Origin: a virus
Taxonomy: Duplodnaviria; Caudoviricetes
Strand: one strand, 5' to 3'
Virus record (IMG/VR): IMGVR_UViG_3300032292_000618
Span: 78,783-142,782 of that record
Length of the DNA stretch: 64,000 nt
Under the pieces are notes generated by a model, which saw only the letters and a program-made list of their open reading frames with translations, had not been told where the DNA came from and made no database searches. A program made the translations under genes and the position numbers. Each line of letters opens with the position of its first letter. The stretch's first letter is position 1. Shown here piece after piece: positions 17,650 to 27,256 of this stretch.

Positions 17650-17711
17650 AATGTTAAGGAAGGAAACATTCCTTAATAATTATTTCTAACAAACTTAACG
17701 GAGTTTTACTT

Positions 17712-18791
17712 ATGGTCGCTTCAATCGCCCAAAGGCGTGAGAGCAATACTTGGGAACAGTTCTGTGAGTGGGTAACTTCAACTAACAATAGACTCTATGT
17801 TGGTTGGTTTGGGACACTAATGATCCCTACTCTTCTTGCTGCTACTATCTGTTTCATTGTTGCTTTCATTGCTGCACCTCCTGTCGATATTGATGGGATT
17901 AGAGAACCTGTTTCTGGTTCACTCATGTATGGCAACAACATCATTTCTGGTGCTGTTGTTCCTTCTAGCAACGCTATTGGTCTTCACTTCTATCCCATCT
18001 GGGAAGCAAACTCACTTGATGAGTGGCTATATAATGGTGGACCTTTTCAACTGGTTGTTTTCCATTTCCTGATTGGTATTTATGCTTACATGGGACGCGA
18101 ATGGGAATTGTCTTACAGATTGGGTATGCGTCCTTGGATTTGTGTTGCCTACTCTGCACCCGTTGCTGCTGCTAGCGCAGTGTTTCTGGTCTATCCCTTT
18201 GGTCAGGGATCCTTCTCTGATGCAATGCCTCTGGGGATTTCAGGAACTTTCAACTACATGCTTGTTTTCCAGGCAGAACACAACATTCTTATGCACCCTT
18301 TCCATATGCTGGGAGTTGCTGGGGTCTTCGGTGGTTCTCTTTTCTCTGCTATGCACGGATCTCTTGTCACCTCTAGTCTCGTTCGTGAGACGACAGAAAC
18401 TGAGTCACAGAACTATGGATATAAGTTTGGACAAGAAGAAGAAACATACAACATTGTAGCTGCACATGGTTACTTTGGTCGTCTGATCTTCCAGTATGCT
18501 TCTTTCAACAACTCACGTTCACTACACTTCTTCCTTGCTGCTTGGCCTGTTGTTGGCATCTGGTTTACTGCTCTTGGTGTTAGCACCATGGCATTCAACT
18601 TGAATGGATTCAACTTCAACCAGTCTATTGTTGATAGTCAGAACCGTGTGATCCCTACTTGGGCAGACATTCTAAACCGTGGTGGTCTTGGTATGGAAGT
18701 GATGCATGAAAGAAATGCTCACAACTTCCCCCTTGACCTTGCTGCTGCTGAGACAACTCAGGTTGCCTTGACTGCACCTTCTATTGGTTGA
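17712..18791 (+). CDS. psbA: Photosystem II D1 protein, intronless, E130 (high-light-type) form
   Basis: [58 protein letters not shown]. Confidence 0.99.
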   Translation: MVASIAQRRESNTWEQFCEWVTSTNNRLYVGWFGTLMIPTLLAATICFIVAFIAAPPVDIDGIREPVSGSLMYGNNIISGAVVPSSNAIGLHFYPIWEANSLDEWLYNGGPFQLVVFHFLIGIYAYMGREWELSYRLGMRPWICVAYSAPVAAASAVFLVYPFGQGSFSDAMPLGISGTFNYMLVFQAEHNILMHPFHMLGVAGVFGGSLFSAMHGSLVTSSLVRETTETESQNYGYKFGQEEETYNIVAAHGYFGRLIFQYASFNNSRSLHFFLAAWPVVGIWFTALGVSTMAFNLNGFNFNQSIVDSQNRVIPTWADILNRGGLGMEVMHERNAHNFPLDLAAAETTQVALTAPSIG

Positions 18792-18816
18792 TACCTTAAC
18801 TGGTATAAAATAAATT

Positions 18817-18839
18817 AATCCCCTTCTGGGGATTTTTTT
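18817..18839 (+). terminator. Intrinsic terminator after psbA
   Basis: AATCCCC-TTCT-GGGGATT followed by a T run. Confidence 0.85.
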
Positions 18840-18872
18840 ATGTAAATAAATACCTATAAGTCGCAAGTACTT

Positions 18873-19244
18873 ATGGTTCCTCTGCATTCGCCTAAGGACT
18901 ATCTGTTTAATCTTCACACATCATCTAAAAGTGAGGCAAAGCGATTATGGAGACAGAATATAAAGGATGCATGGAACCATGAATGTGCTTATTGTCAATC
19001 AAAAGAAAATATAACACTAGATCATATCCTGCCCCAGTGTAAGGGTGGTTTAGATATTAAGACAAATGTAGTTGCATGTTGCCATTCCTGCAATCAATCC
19101 AAGGGACATATTCCTTGGGAAGAATGGTACTTCAATCAAGTTTTCTTTTCTGAAGAGAACTATAATAAGATTAGAAATTGGATGAAACCAGAAAAACCAT
19201 CTAATTTATACAGATATCCTCCTAGAAGAAATTATGTACCTTAA
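18873..19244 (+). CDS. Free-standing HNH endonuclease
   Basis: CAYC...TLDHILPQCKGG...NVVACCHSCNQSKG. Confidence 0.9.
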   Translation: MVPLHSPKDYLFNLHTSSKSEAKRLWRQNIKDAWNHECAYCQSKENITLDHILPQCKGGLDIKTNVVACCHSCNQSKGHIPWEEWYFNQVFFSEENYNKIRNWMKPEKPSNLYRYPPRRNYVP

Positions 19245-19373
19245 ATGATATCCTCAGACACTCCTTATAAACTAGCAGAAATTATCAGAGATACATGGCC
19301 TCAACTTTACAGGCCAATAAAAATGCCTTATAATAAAACAAAAGAATTAAAATCCAAGAATGAAAAAGTATAA
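19245..19373 (+). CDS. Hypothetical protein, 42 aa (MISSDTPYKLAEIIRDTWPQLY...)
   Basis: Hand translation; abuts the HNH stop codon. Confidence 0.55.
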   Translation: MISSDTPYKLAEIIRDTWPQLYRPIKMPYNKTKELKSKNEKV

Positions 19374-19677
19374 TACAGAAGATTACTTTTCTGTAAGAGA
19401 AAGAAGGACTGGAAGAAAGATTTGTGACTGTGGGGATTTTGAAGATGCAAGAATGCTCATGTATATGGATGCACCAAATCGTGAAATTGTAAAAAACAAA
19501 ACACTCATGAGCTCAGTTATTGATGTAGAAATGCCAAAAGCACTTCCTACTAATGAGATAGTACAAGGTGGTGTTGGTAATTCTTGGGAAAATCCAATGC
19601 CATCTGGTAATGGACCTGGATCATTACCTCAAATTAAACTTCCAGAAAGACAACAAGAACCTTTTATTGTTAATTAA
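19360..19677 (+). CDS. Hypothetical protein
   Basis: 105-aa ORF in the operon. Confidence 0.65.
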   Translation: MKKYNTEDYFSVRERRTGRKICDCGDFEDARMLMYMDAPNREIVKNKTLMSSVIDVEMPKALPTNEIVQGGVGNSWENPMPSGNGPGSLPQIKLPERQQEPFIVN

Positions 19678-19678
19678 T

Positions 19679-20437
19679 ATGAAAGTATGTCATGTAGTTT
19701 TTTCTACCAATAGGGTAGAGTTTTTGAAAAAAACATTTGAAGCACAAAAGAAATTTGATTATACTGGAGTAGAAGTACATAAACTTTTTATTGATGATTA
19801 TCCTCTAGGTAGAGACAATGATGCTTTAGTTGAATTTGTAAAATCTTATGGATATAATGAAGTAATCCTTCATGAAGAAAACCTTGGAATTACAAAAACT
19901 TGGCAACAACTTTTTGATATAGTTAAGGATAGGGATTATGATTATATTCTACATCAAGAAGATGATGTAGAAATCATGTACCCATTAAAAGTTCTTGACA
20001 TGATTGAAATTCTTCAACAAGATCCTACTTTATCTCAAGTTCAATTGAAGAGAAATAATTGGTATGGTCATGAAACAGAAGAGATAGGACCTAGAGAAGA
20101 TGATGTAGTTTTTAAAAATTATAGATATGAAAAAGCAACTCCATATTTTTGGATGTTAACTTCTCTTTATCCTGCATGGATAGCAAAAGAACCTATTCTA
20201 GAAAGAACTGGATATAATCCTTCAGAATCAGTTATTGCTCAATATTTACAAATGCAATATAATATTGGTGCAGCATTATTAAAAACTGATACTGGTGGAA
20301 TGATGGTCAATCATATTGGCGATTATTTTCATGGTAAAAGAGTTGCAGAAGGAGAACCTGGATGGGATAGATTTCATATGCTTAATCCAGACATAAAATA
20401 TTGTTCACGAACAGGAGATTATTGGAATGAAGGTTAA
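19679..20437 (+). CDS. GT2-like glycosyltransferase
   Basis: FSTNRVEFLKKT...FIDD...NLGI...YILHQEDD; start set to MKVCHVV. Confidence 0.75.
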   Translation: MKVCHVVFSTNRVEFLKKTFEAQKKFDYTGVEVHKLFIDDYPLGRDNDALVEFVKSYGYNEVILHEENLGITKTWQQLFDIVKDRDYDYILHQEDDVEIMYPLKVLDMIEILQQDPTLSQVQLKRNNWYGHETEEIGPREDDVVFKNYRYEKATPYFWMLTSLYPAWIAKEPILERTGYNPSESVIAQYLQMQYNIGAALLKTDTGGMMVNHIGDYFHGKRVAEGEPGWDRFHMLNPDIKYCSRTGDYWNEG

Positions 20438-20993
20438 TTTAATAGTTGTTGATAATTTTTACGATAATCCTGATCAAGTCAGAGAATTTGCATTAGCACA
20501 ACAGTTTGAAGTTAGGGGAAATTATCCTGGACTTAGAACTAAATCATTTTTAAATGATAGTCAAAAAGCAGTTATAGATGCACTACTTAGATACCCTGCT
20601 GGAGGAGTATCTGATTGGCTACTTGATGAGAATTCAGATGGATATGATGGAGCATTTCAAATCTGTACCCAAAATGATAGAACCTGGATTCATTCAGACT
20701 ATAATAATATGTGGGCAGGAGTTTGTTATCTAACTCCAGATGCTCCTATCAGTGGAGGCACTGCTCTCTACATGCACAAACAAAGTGGAGAGAGACAATC
20801 AGTAGGTAATACTGATCATGGAGAAGATGCTAGAGATTATACTAAATGGGAAGTAGTAGATAGGATTGGAAACATTTACAATAGATTAATTCTTTATCCT
20901 GGTAATATGTACCATGCATCTTTAGATTACTTTGGGTCAAATCTAAATGATGGAAGACTGTTTCAAACTTTCTTTTTTAATACTGCGTATTGA
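20427..20993 (+). CDS. 2OG-Fe(II) oxygenase-like protein (DUF6445-like)
   Basis: IVVDNFYDNPD, WIHSD (HxD), GVCYLTP, YNRLILY...YHAS...RLFQTFF. Confidence 0.75.
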   Translation: MKVNLIVVDNFYDNPDQVREFALAQQFEVRGNYPGLRTKSFLNDSQKAVIDALLRYPAGGVSDWLLDENSDGYDGAFQICTQNDRTWIHSDYNNMWAGVCYLTPDAPISGGTALYMHKQSGERQSVGNTDHGEDARDYTKWEVVDRIGNIYNRLILYPGNMYHASLDYFGSNLNDGRLFQTFFFNTAY

Positions 20994-20995
20994 TC

Positions 20996-21583
20996 ATGAG
21001 AATTTATAATGAAGGAACTTCTTATCAGGAAGTTCCTTGGGAGATGGGAAAATTTAGTTATGGACCAGAATGTGGACATGTTCACATTCAGCAATTCTTT
21101 GAAAATACTAAATTATACATAGGAAATTATACTGCTATAGGTCCAAATACAGCTGTTTATTTGGGGGGCAATCATATTACTAATTGGGCAACTGCTTTCC
21201 CCTTTAAAGCATATTATATGTTCAATAAAGCAAATCCTTTAATTAATTACAGTAATGGTGATGTAGTTATTGGCAATGATGTTTGGATTGCTGCCAATAC
21301 AACTATTATGAGTGGAGTTACTATTGGAGATGGAGCAGTAATTGCTAATAATTCTCATGTGGTTAAGGATGTACATCCCTATACTGTTGTTGGAGGAAAC
21401 CCAGCTAAAGTAATTAGAAAGAGATTCTCAGATAACATTATAGAACTACTTCTGAAATTGAGATGGTGGGAGTTTGAGGATGATCAAATTAATGATATGC
21501 TTCCAATACTCCAAAACGATCCTACAGAAATAGAGATAACAGATTTACTTAATAGGTATAGATCCCATGAACTACATGCTTAA
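20996..21583 (+). CDS. CatB/Vat-like hexapeptide-repeat O-acetyltransferase
   Basis: GDVVIGNDVWIA...GVTIGDGAVIA...VVGGNPAKVIRKRF...LRWW. Confidence 0.9.
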   Translation: MRIYNEGTSYQEVPWEMGKFSYGPECGHVHIQQFFENTKLYIGNYTAIGPNTAVYLGGNHITNWATAFPFKAYYMFNKANPLINYSNGDVVIGNDVWIAANTTIMSGVTIGDGAVIANNSHVVKDVHPYTVVGGNPAKVIRKRFSDNIIELLLKLRWWEFEDDQINDMLPILQNDPTEIEITDLLNRYRSHELHA

Positions 21584-22151
21584 TGCAACTATTAATCAAG
21601 ATTTTTCAAAAAGAATCTTTGTTGTAGATAATTTTTACTCTGATCCTTATACAGTAAGAGAGTATGCTTTGCAACAAGAATTCATTGCAGACCTTAGATA
21701 TTATAAAGGAAAAAGAACTCAAGAAAAGTTTTTTGTTCCTGGAACAAAAGAAGTCTTTGAATCTATCATTGGATCTCAAATTAATATTTGGGAAGAGTAT
21801 GGTATGAATGGTGTATTTCAAACATGTAATGCAGAAGATCCCCTTGTATATCATACAGATTTACAACAATGGGCAGGCATGGTATACTTAACTCCAGATG
21901 CTCCTTTTGAGTGTGGAACTTCCATGTATGCTCATAAAGAAACTAGAGCAAGGCATACATCAGATCCTGGGATTGAAAATGCATTTGCTGGAGGATTTTA
22001 TGATAAAAGTAAATTTGAATTAGTTGATACTGTTGGTAATGTTTTTAATAGACTTGTTATTTTTAATGGCAAGTGTATACATTCTGCCTCAGAATACTTT
22101 GGCCAAACATTAGAAGATTCCAGATTGTTCCATATGTTTTTCTTTGATTGA
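21567..22151 (+). CDS. 2OG-Fe(II) oxygenase-like protein (DUF6445-like), paralog
   Basis: VVDNFYSDP, YHTD, GMVYLTP, FNRLVIF...IHSA...RLFHMFF. Confidence 0.75.
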   Translation: MNYMLNATINQDFSKRIFVVDNFYSDPYTVREYALQQEFIADLRYYKGKRTQEKFFVPGTKEVFESIIGSQINIWEEYGMNGVFQTCNAEDPLVYHTDLQQWAGMVYLTPDAPFECGTSMYAHKETRARHTSDPGIENAFAGGFYDKSKFELVDTVGNVFNRLVIFNGKCIHSASEYFGQTLEDSRLFHMFFFD

Positions 22152-22152
22152 T

Positions 22153-23409
22153 ATGAAAAATTATAAGTTTAGTATTATTACTCCAGAGCATAGTAAAAAA
22201 AATATTCCTTTCCTAATTGAATTGTATGAAACAATTAGGGATCAAACTTATACTGATTGGGAATGGATTCTTTATTTGAATGGTGAATGTAAAGTTTCAG
22301 ACATTCCAGATGAAATTAAATCCGATAAAAAAGTAAAGATCCATACAGGAATAACTAATCCCAATATTGGGTTTATTAAAAATAAAGCTTTTTTCCTGGG
22401 GACTGGAGATATTCTAGTAGAAGTAGATCATGATGATTTACTTTCTTTAGATTGTTTAGAGGAACTCAATCTAGCTTTCCAAGATGAAGAAATTGGATTT
22501 GCTTACAGTGAAAATCTTCTTTATGATATGAGAGGCAATGAGTTTAAAGTTCCTTGGAATCCTGAAAATGGATGGACCAATACTTGGGTCAATTTCAGGG
22601 GAGAAGATTTTATGAAAATAGATCAGTTCCCAGCAACTAGTCAGAGTGTGAGTATTATTTGGTATGCTCCAGACCATGTTAGATCTTGGAGAAAGGAAAT
22701 TTATCATGAATTGGGTGGGCATAATCCAGAGTTAAATATCTGCGATGATCATGAATTAGTAATTAGGACTTATCTTAAAACTAAATTTAAATTTATTAAG
22801 AAAATTCTTTATTACTATAGATGGTTGCCAGGAGGAGATAATACCCAACTCATTAGAAATGAAGCAATTCAAATCAAAACTTTTGAATTGATGAGGGAAT
22901 ATTCTCAACTGTTGGCAGAAAGAGATGCTGATCTTAAGGGTTTGATGAAGGTTGATATTGGTGGAGGATTATTTCCAAGACCTGGATATGTTACTATTGA
23001 CCAAGAAGGTGGGGACATTACTTGTGATTTAAATGAAGGAATTCCACTACCAGACAATAGTGTTGGTGTTATTAATGCAAGTCATGTATTAGAACACCTA
23101 AAGGATCCAATCAAATCCATGAAAGAAATTTACAGAGTTCTTTGTGATGGGGGTTGGGCATTCATTGAAGTTCCTTCTACTGATGGTAGAGGAGCTTTCC
23201 AAGATCCAACTCATGTTAGTTTTTGGAATGAAAATAGTTTCTGGTATTATACTAGAAGAGATAAAGCACAATTCATCAGAAATGATACAATTAAGTTTCA
23301 AGAGTTTAGACTTGATACTACATGGTGGCAAGACAACATAGCAGTAACAAGTGCTTGGCTTTGTGCCATAAAATCAAATACACGTAGACCACATCCAGTT
23401 AGAATTTAA
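22153..23409 (+). CDS. GT2 glycosyltransferase fused to a class I methyltransferase
   Basis: FSIITP...QTYTDWEWI...VDHDD...CDDHEL; C-terminal DIGGG...ASHVLEH...VLCDGG...DPTH. Confidence 0.85.
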   Translation: MKNYKFSIITPEHSKKNIPFLIELYETIRDQTYTDWEWILYLNGECKVSDIPDEIKSDKKVKIHTGITNPNIGFIKNKAFFLGTGDILVEVDHDDLLSLDCLEELNLAFQDEEIGFAYSENLLYDMRGNEFKVPWNPENGWTNTWVNFRGEDFMKIDQFPATSQSVSIIWYAPDHVRSWRKEIYHELGGHNPELNICDDHELVIRTYLKTKFKFIKKILYYYRWLPGGDNTQLIRNEAIQIKTFELMREYSQLLAERDADLKGLMKVDIGGGLFPRPGYVTIDQEGGDITCDLNEGIPLPDNSVGVINASHVLEHLKDPIKSMKEIYRVLCDGGWAFIEVPSTDGRGAFQDPTHVSFWNENSFWYYTRRDKAQFIRNDTIKFQEFRLDTTWWQDNIAVTSAWLCAIKSNTRRPHPVRI

Positions 23410-23413
23410 AGTT

Positions 23414-23662
23414 ATGAATTTTACAGTTTACAGCAAAAGAGGTTGTCCATATTGCGACAAAATTAAAACAGTTCTTGGGGATCTTAGTATCAGAAAAGGG
23501 ATCCCTGTAATTTCATATGAGCTTGGTACTGATTTTACCAGAGAAGAATTTTATTCAGAATTTGGTCAAGGATCTACTTTTCCTCAAATCATTATGAATG
23601 GTAAGCATCTTGGTGGATGTTCTGATACAGTTAAATACCTTAGTGAACAATCACTTCTTTGA
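23414..23662 (+). CDS. nrdC: Glutaredoxin
   Basis: CPYC, TFPQI, GGCSD. Confidence 0.93.
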   Translation: MNFTVYSKRGCPYCDKIKTVLGDLSIRKGIPVISYELGTDFTREEFYSEFGQGSTFPQIIMNGKHLGGCSDTVKYLSEQSLL

Positions 23663-23841
23663 TGAGTTCTATAAATAATCAAAGAACCCCTGATATTAAT
23701 AGGGGTGTTGAGTTGCTGTTAAGAAGGAGGACACCTGAAAAGAAAACATTTTCATTTGTTTTTCAAAAGATGGTCTCTTTTTTAAGAAAAGATATAACCA
23801 TCTACTTTAATATTTCTCTTGATATCAAGAGACAAAAGTAG
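23659..23841 (+). CDS. Hypothetical protein
   Basis: 60-aa ORF overlapping the glutaredoxin stop. Confidence 0.6.
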   Translation: MMSSINNQRTPDINRGVELLLRRRTPEKKTFSFVFQKMVSFLRKDITIYFNISLDIKRQK

Positions 23842-23855
23842 TAAGGAGTACTAAA

Positions 23856-24071
23856 ATGATAGCAATAACACTAGTTTTCTCAGTAATGTTTTTCATTATG
23901 TCTTTGGTGGTTGGGGGATTAGTTGGTTGGGTTTATAGAGAACATGCTTGGTCCCAACAAGTTGCAAGATTACATCCAGAAATGTATGATGAAAATGGAA
24001 ATGTTATTCCTGATGAAATTATTGCCTTTAGATTTGAAGGAGATCTAGAGGAAGAAGATCCTGAAGATTAA
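23856..24071 (+). CDS. Hypothetical membrane protein
   Basis: N-terminal TM helix, HPEMYDENG motif, AAGGAG ribosome-binding site. Confidence 0.75.
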   Translation: MIAITLVFSVMFFIMSLVVGGLVGWVYREHAWSQQVARLHPEMYDENGNVIPDEIIAFRFEGDLEEEDPED

Positions 24072-24089
24072 TTAATTGGAGTTAAACTT

Positions 24090-24527
24090 ATGAAATTACC
24101 ACCAAATCAATTGGTGTCTGAAATCATTCAAAGAGTTTCTAATGCAAAAACTAGAGACGAAAAGATTCAAATTTTAAGGCACTATGATTCCCCTGCTCTT
24201 AGAGCAGTTCTCATATGGAATTTTGAAGATAAAGTATTATCTGATCTACCTCCTGGAGATGTCCCATATACCCCAAATGATGCCCCAGCAGGCACAGAAC
24301 ACTCAAAGCTTATTCATGAGTGGCAAAAGTTTAATCACTTTGTTCAAGGGGTTACTAATGTTACTAAAATTAAAAAAGAAGTAATGTTTATTCAACTTCT
24401 AGAAGCTCTACATGCATCTGAAGCTGAATTAGTTTGCGTTATGAAAGATAAGCAACTACATAAAAGATTTAAAATTACAAAAGCAGTTGTTCAAGATGCT
24501 TTCCCAGAAATTCAATTCTCATCTTGA
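24090..24527 (+). CDS. Conserved T4-like phage protein (DUF6433-like)
   Basis: LPPGDVPY...FIQLLEALHASEAEL. Confidence 0.75.
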   Translation: MKLPPNQLVSEIIQRVSNAKTRDEKIQILRHYDSPALRAVLIWNFEDKVLSDLPPGDVPYTPNDAPAGTEHSKLIHEWQKFNHFVQGVTNVTKIKKEVMFIQLLEALHASEAELVCVMKDKQLHKRFKITKAVVQDAFPEIQFSS

Positions 24528-24547
24528 TTAAATTGAGGTAAGTAGAA

Positions 24548-24799
24548 TTGAATGTTATTCATAAAGATTGTAATAAAGATTTATCTAAAGATAAATCTCT
24601 TCCAAGAAATAGTTACTTAGTTACTTATATTGACAAAGATAAACTTAAATATGATATAGTGCAAGCAAGTTGTTTTGTGGAAGTTTTTGATAACTATTAT
24701 GATGAGTTAGGAAAGGATAAGATTAAAAGCATTAAATGGACTGATGGGGCAGCAAACCCCAAAACATACGGAGAAAAACCTAAAAAAAAGTCAAGATGA
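24548..24799 (+). CDS. Hypothetical protein
   Basis: 83-aa ORF, TTG start after GAGG. Confidence 0.65.
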   Translation: MNVIHKDCNKDLSKDKSLPRNSYLVTYIDKDKLKYDIVQASCFVEVFDNYYDELGKDKIKSIKWTDGAANPKTYGEKPKKKSR

Positions 24800-24800
24800 A

Positions 24801-25127
24801 ATGGGCAAACATTATTTACTAAACCTATATGGATGCTCATTCGTTCTTTTGGATGATGAACAAATTTTAGTTAACCTGCTGGAATTTGCAGCAGTTAAAA
24901 GCAAAGCAACTGTGATTCAAACTATATCTAAAAAGTTTGAACCACAAGGAGTGACTGTAATATGCTTACTCTCAGAGAGTCATATTAGTATTCACACTTG
25001 GCCTGAAGAAGGAAAGGCTGCAGTAGATGTATATACTTGTGGTGATTGTGATCCAAAAATTGGGTGTGATATTATCATAGAACAACTGTGCTCACAAAGT
25101 CATACTTTAAGTTATATTGAAAGGTAA
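24801..25127 (+). CDS. speD: S-adenosylmethionine decarboxylase proenzyme
   Basis: MGKH...FEPQGVT...LSESHISIHTWPE...DVYTCG. Confidence 0.95.
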   Translation: MGKHYLLNLYGCSFVLLDDEQILVNLLEFAAVKSKATVIQTISKKFEPQGVTVICLLSESHISIHTWPEEGKAAVDVYTCGDCDPKIGCDIIIEQLCSQSHTLSYIER

Positions 25128-25183
25128 ATTTTAAATAACATTACTAAAGATAGATCCGATGACTGAAGACAAAGAGATTGACT

Positions 25184-25219
25184 GGGGGGATTGACTTTCC
25201 CCCTTTTTTTGTGTAGACT
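25184..25219 (+). terminator. Terminator with an embedded sigma70 promoter
   Basis: GGGGGA-TTGACTT-TCCCCC-TTTTTTT; TTGACT-N17-TAGACT. Confidence 0.75.
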
Positions 25220-25240
25220 ATCTTAAAAGTAAGATATCTT

Positions 25241-25393
25241 ATGGATAGAGAAAAAGTTAGAATGATTGTTAGAAACATGGAACTTCTAGTTCAATCTTTA
25301 AAGCACGAAATAGAAGGACCTCCCATGCATATTTCAGTAGAAGAGGATGCTATGGTAACTCCTTTTACTGAAGATTATGATGAGGCGTACTAA
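25241..25393 (+). CDS. Hypothetical protein, 50 aa (MDREKVRMIVRNMELLVQSLK...)
   Basis: Hand translation; first ORF after the promoter. Confidence 0.7.
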   Translation: MDREKVRMIVRNMELLVQSLKHEIEGPPMHISVEEDAMVTPFTEDYDEAY

Positions 25394-25548
25394 TGAAGTT
25401 TAATGATGCTGCAAGGTTAGCCAAGGTTGCATTGAAACAACCTTGGTTGTATGATGAGAAAGAACTACAGTACATTAAAAAAGCAAAAAAACTTGCACAA
25501 AAAGCTTTAAAACTTAAGCATATGAAAGGAGAAAAAGATGAGTTCTAA
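25393..25548 (+). CDS. Hypothetical basic protein, 51 aa (MKFNDAARLAKVALKQPWLY...)
   Basis: Hand translation; TAATG coupling. Confidence 0.65.
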   Translation: MKFNDAARLAKVALKQPWLYDEKELQYIKKAKKLAQKALKLKHMKGEKDEF

Positions 25549-26230
25549 TGTTAAATTTATTTCAGTTACCCCAGATGCAGAAAAAACAATGGCATATATT
25601 GCTAGAGTTTCTAATCCTGCAAATCAAGATAACGAGAACTATGCCAAGTTGCTTGCTTATTGTATTAAGCATAATCATTGGTCTGTGTTTGAACAGTCTT
25701 CTATGACATTAGAGATTGAAACCAATCGTGGTATTGCAGCACAAATATTGAGGCATAGATCTTTCACATTTCAAGAATTTTCTCAAAGATATGCAGACAC
25801 AAATCTGCTATCTAATCATATTCCTATTCCAGATCTTCGTAGACAGGATACAAAGAATCGTCAAAACTCTACTGATGATCTTGGTGAATATGTAAAATTA
25901 GGATTACAAGGTGAAATTGCAGAGCACTTTAAATCATCTTTGAATCTTTATAATAGACTTATTGAAAGAGGAGTTGCAAAGGAGTGTGCTCGTTTTGTTC
26001 TTCCTTTAGCAACCCCCACTAGAATCTATATGACTGGCTCTTGCAGGTCCTGGATTCATTATATCAATCTGCGTTCTGCTCATGGCACTCAGAAAGAACA
26101 CATGGATATTGCTGAAGCATGTAAGTGTGTTTTCATTTGCCAGTTCCCAGAAGTATCTAAAGCTCTTGGATGGGACAATACAGAAAATTGCCCAGAATGT
26201 ATTGATGCTCCTTCAATTTGTATAGAATAA
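25538..26230 (+). CDS. thyX: FAD-dependent thymidylate synthase
   Basis: HWSVFE, QILRHRSFTFQEFSQRY, KECARFVLP, HGTQKEH. Confidence 0.97.
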   Translation: MSSNVKFISVTPDAEKTMAYIARVSNPANQDNENYAKLLAYCIKHNHWSVFEQSSMTLEIETNRGIAAQILRHRSFTFQEFSQRYADTNLLSNHIPIPDLRRQDTKNRQNSTDDLGEYVKLGLQGEIAEHFKSSLNLYNRLIERGVAKECARFVLPLATPTRIYMTGSCRSWIHYINLRSAHGTQKEHMDIAEACKCVFICQFPEVSKALGWDNTENCPECIDAPSICIE

Positions 26231-26255
26231 ATATCTTTGTATAGTATTATTACTT

Positions 26256-26498
26256 ATGGCAGTATATCCAATTATTCATGTAGATACTGGAGAAAAGAAA
26301 GTAATTGAAATGAGCATTCATGATATTACTCAGTGGTATAAAGATAACCCTGAATGGAGAAGAGATTGGTCTGAGGGATGTGCAAGTCCTGGAGAAACTG
26401 GTGATTGGAGAAACAAACTAATTAGCAGAAATCCAGGATGGAATGATGTCCTAAGTAAAGCAAGTAAAGCCCCTGGATCTAGAGTAAAAAAAATCTAA
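26256..26498 (+). CDS. Conserved cyanophage hypothetical protein
   Basis: 80-aa ORF between thyX and phoH; ATAAATA at 26227-26233. Confidence 0.75.
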   Translation: MAVYPIIHVDTGEKKVIEMSIHDITQWYKDNPEWRRDWSEGCASPGETGDWRNKLISRNPGWNDVLSKASKAPGSRVKKI

Positions 26499-27256
26499 TG
26501 ACAAGAAAAAAAAGAAACAACGATTTACATCCAATTGGTATTGGAATGACTTCAAGGCAAATGAAGAGAAGGAAACCAATCAATACAGATCTATTGCTGG
26601 ATATAAATCCAGTAACTGAAAACCAAGGTAAACTTTTTGATGCTTATAATTCAGATAAACATCTTTTTGTTTATGGTTGTGCTGGAACTGGTAAAACATT
26701 TTGTGCATTATACTTAGCACTTAAAGATGTTCTTTCTGAGATTACTCCATATCAAAAGATTGTTATTGTTAGATCTTTAGTTGCAACTAGAGAGATTGGT
26801 TTTCTTCCTGGAGATCATGATGACAAGTCTGCACTTTATCAGATCCCATACAAGAACATGGTTAAGTACATGTTTGAAATGCCATCTGATGCAGAATTTG
26901 AAATGCTCTATGGAAGTCTAAAAACTCAAGAGACTGTTACTTTTTGGAGCACATCTTTTATCAGGGGGACAACCTTAGATAATTCTATTATTATTGTAGA
27001 TGAAGCTCAAAACTTGAACTTTCATGAACTTGATAGTATAATTACAAGGGTTGGAGACAACTCAAGGATTGTGTTTTGTGGAGATGCTACACAATCAGAT
27101 TTAACTAAGACTAATGAAAGAAATGGCATTTTAGATTTTATGAAAATCATTCAAAGAATGCCTGAATTTGAAACCATTGAATTTGGCGTAGAAGATATTG
27201 TTAGATCTGGACTAGTTAAATCTTATATCGTTAATAAAATAGCTGCTGGATTTTAA
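26498..27256 (+). CDS. phoH: PhoH-like ATPase
   Basis: GCAGTGKT, GFLPG, FIRGTT, VDEAQN, CGDATQSDL, DIVRSG. Confidence 0.95.
   Translation: MTRKKRNNDLHPIGIGMTSRQMKRRKPINTDLLLDINPVTENQGKLFDAYNSDKHLFVYGCAGTGKTFCALYLALKDVLSEITPYQKIVIVRSLVATREIGFLPGDHDDKSALYQIPYKNMVKYMFEMPSDAEFEMLYGSLKTQETVTFWSTSFIRGTTLDNSIIIVDEAQNLNFHELDSIITRVGDNSRIVFCGDATQSDLTKTNERNGILDFMKIIQRMPEFETIEFGVEDIVRSGLVKSYIVNKIAAGF

Noticed and set aside
17712-18791. Group I intron in psbA, or a psbD partner
   Set aside because: The psbA frame is continuous at 359 aa and no psbD is present in this window
20996-21583. Antibiotic-resistance gene (cat/vat)
   Set aside because: The hexapeptide acetyltransferase fold is shared with sugar O-acetyltransferases, and the context is a glycosylation cassette
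25128-25195. Possible ribozyme or small RNA (CCGATGACTGAAGAC) or 11-aa ORF after speD
   Set aside because: No complete hammerhead core or supporting stems; too short to support
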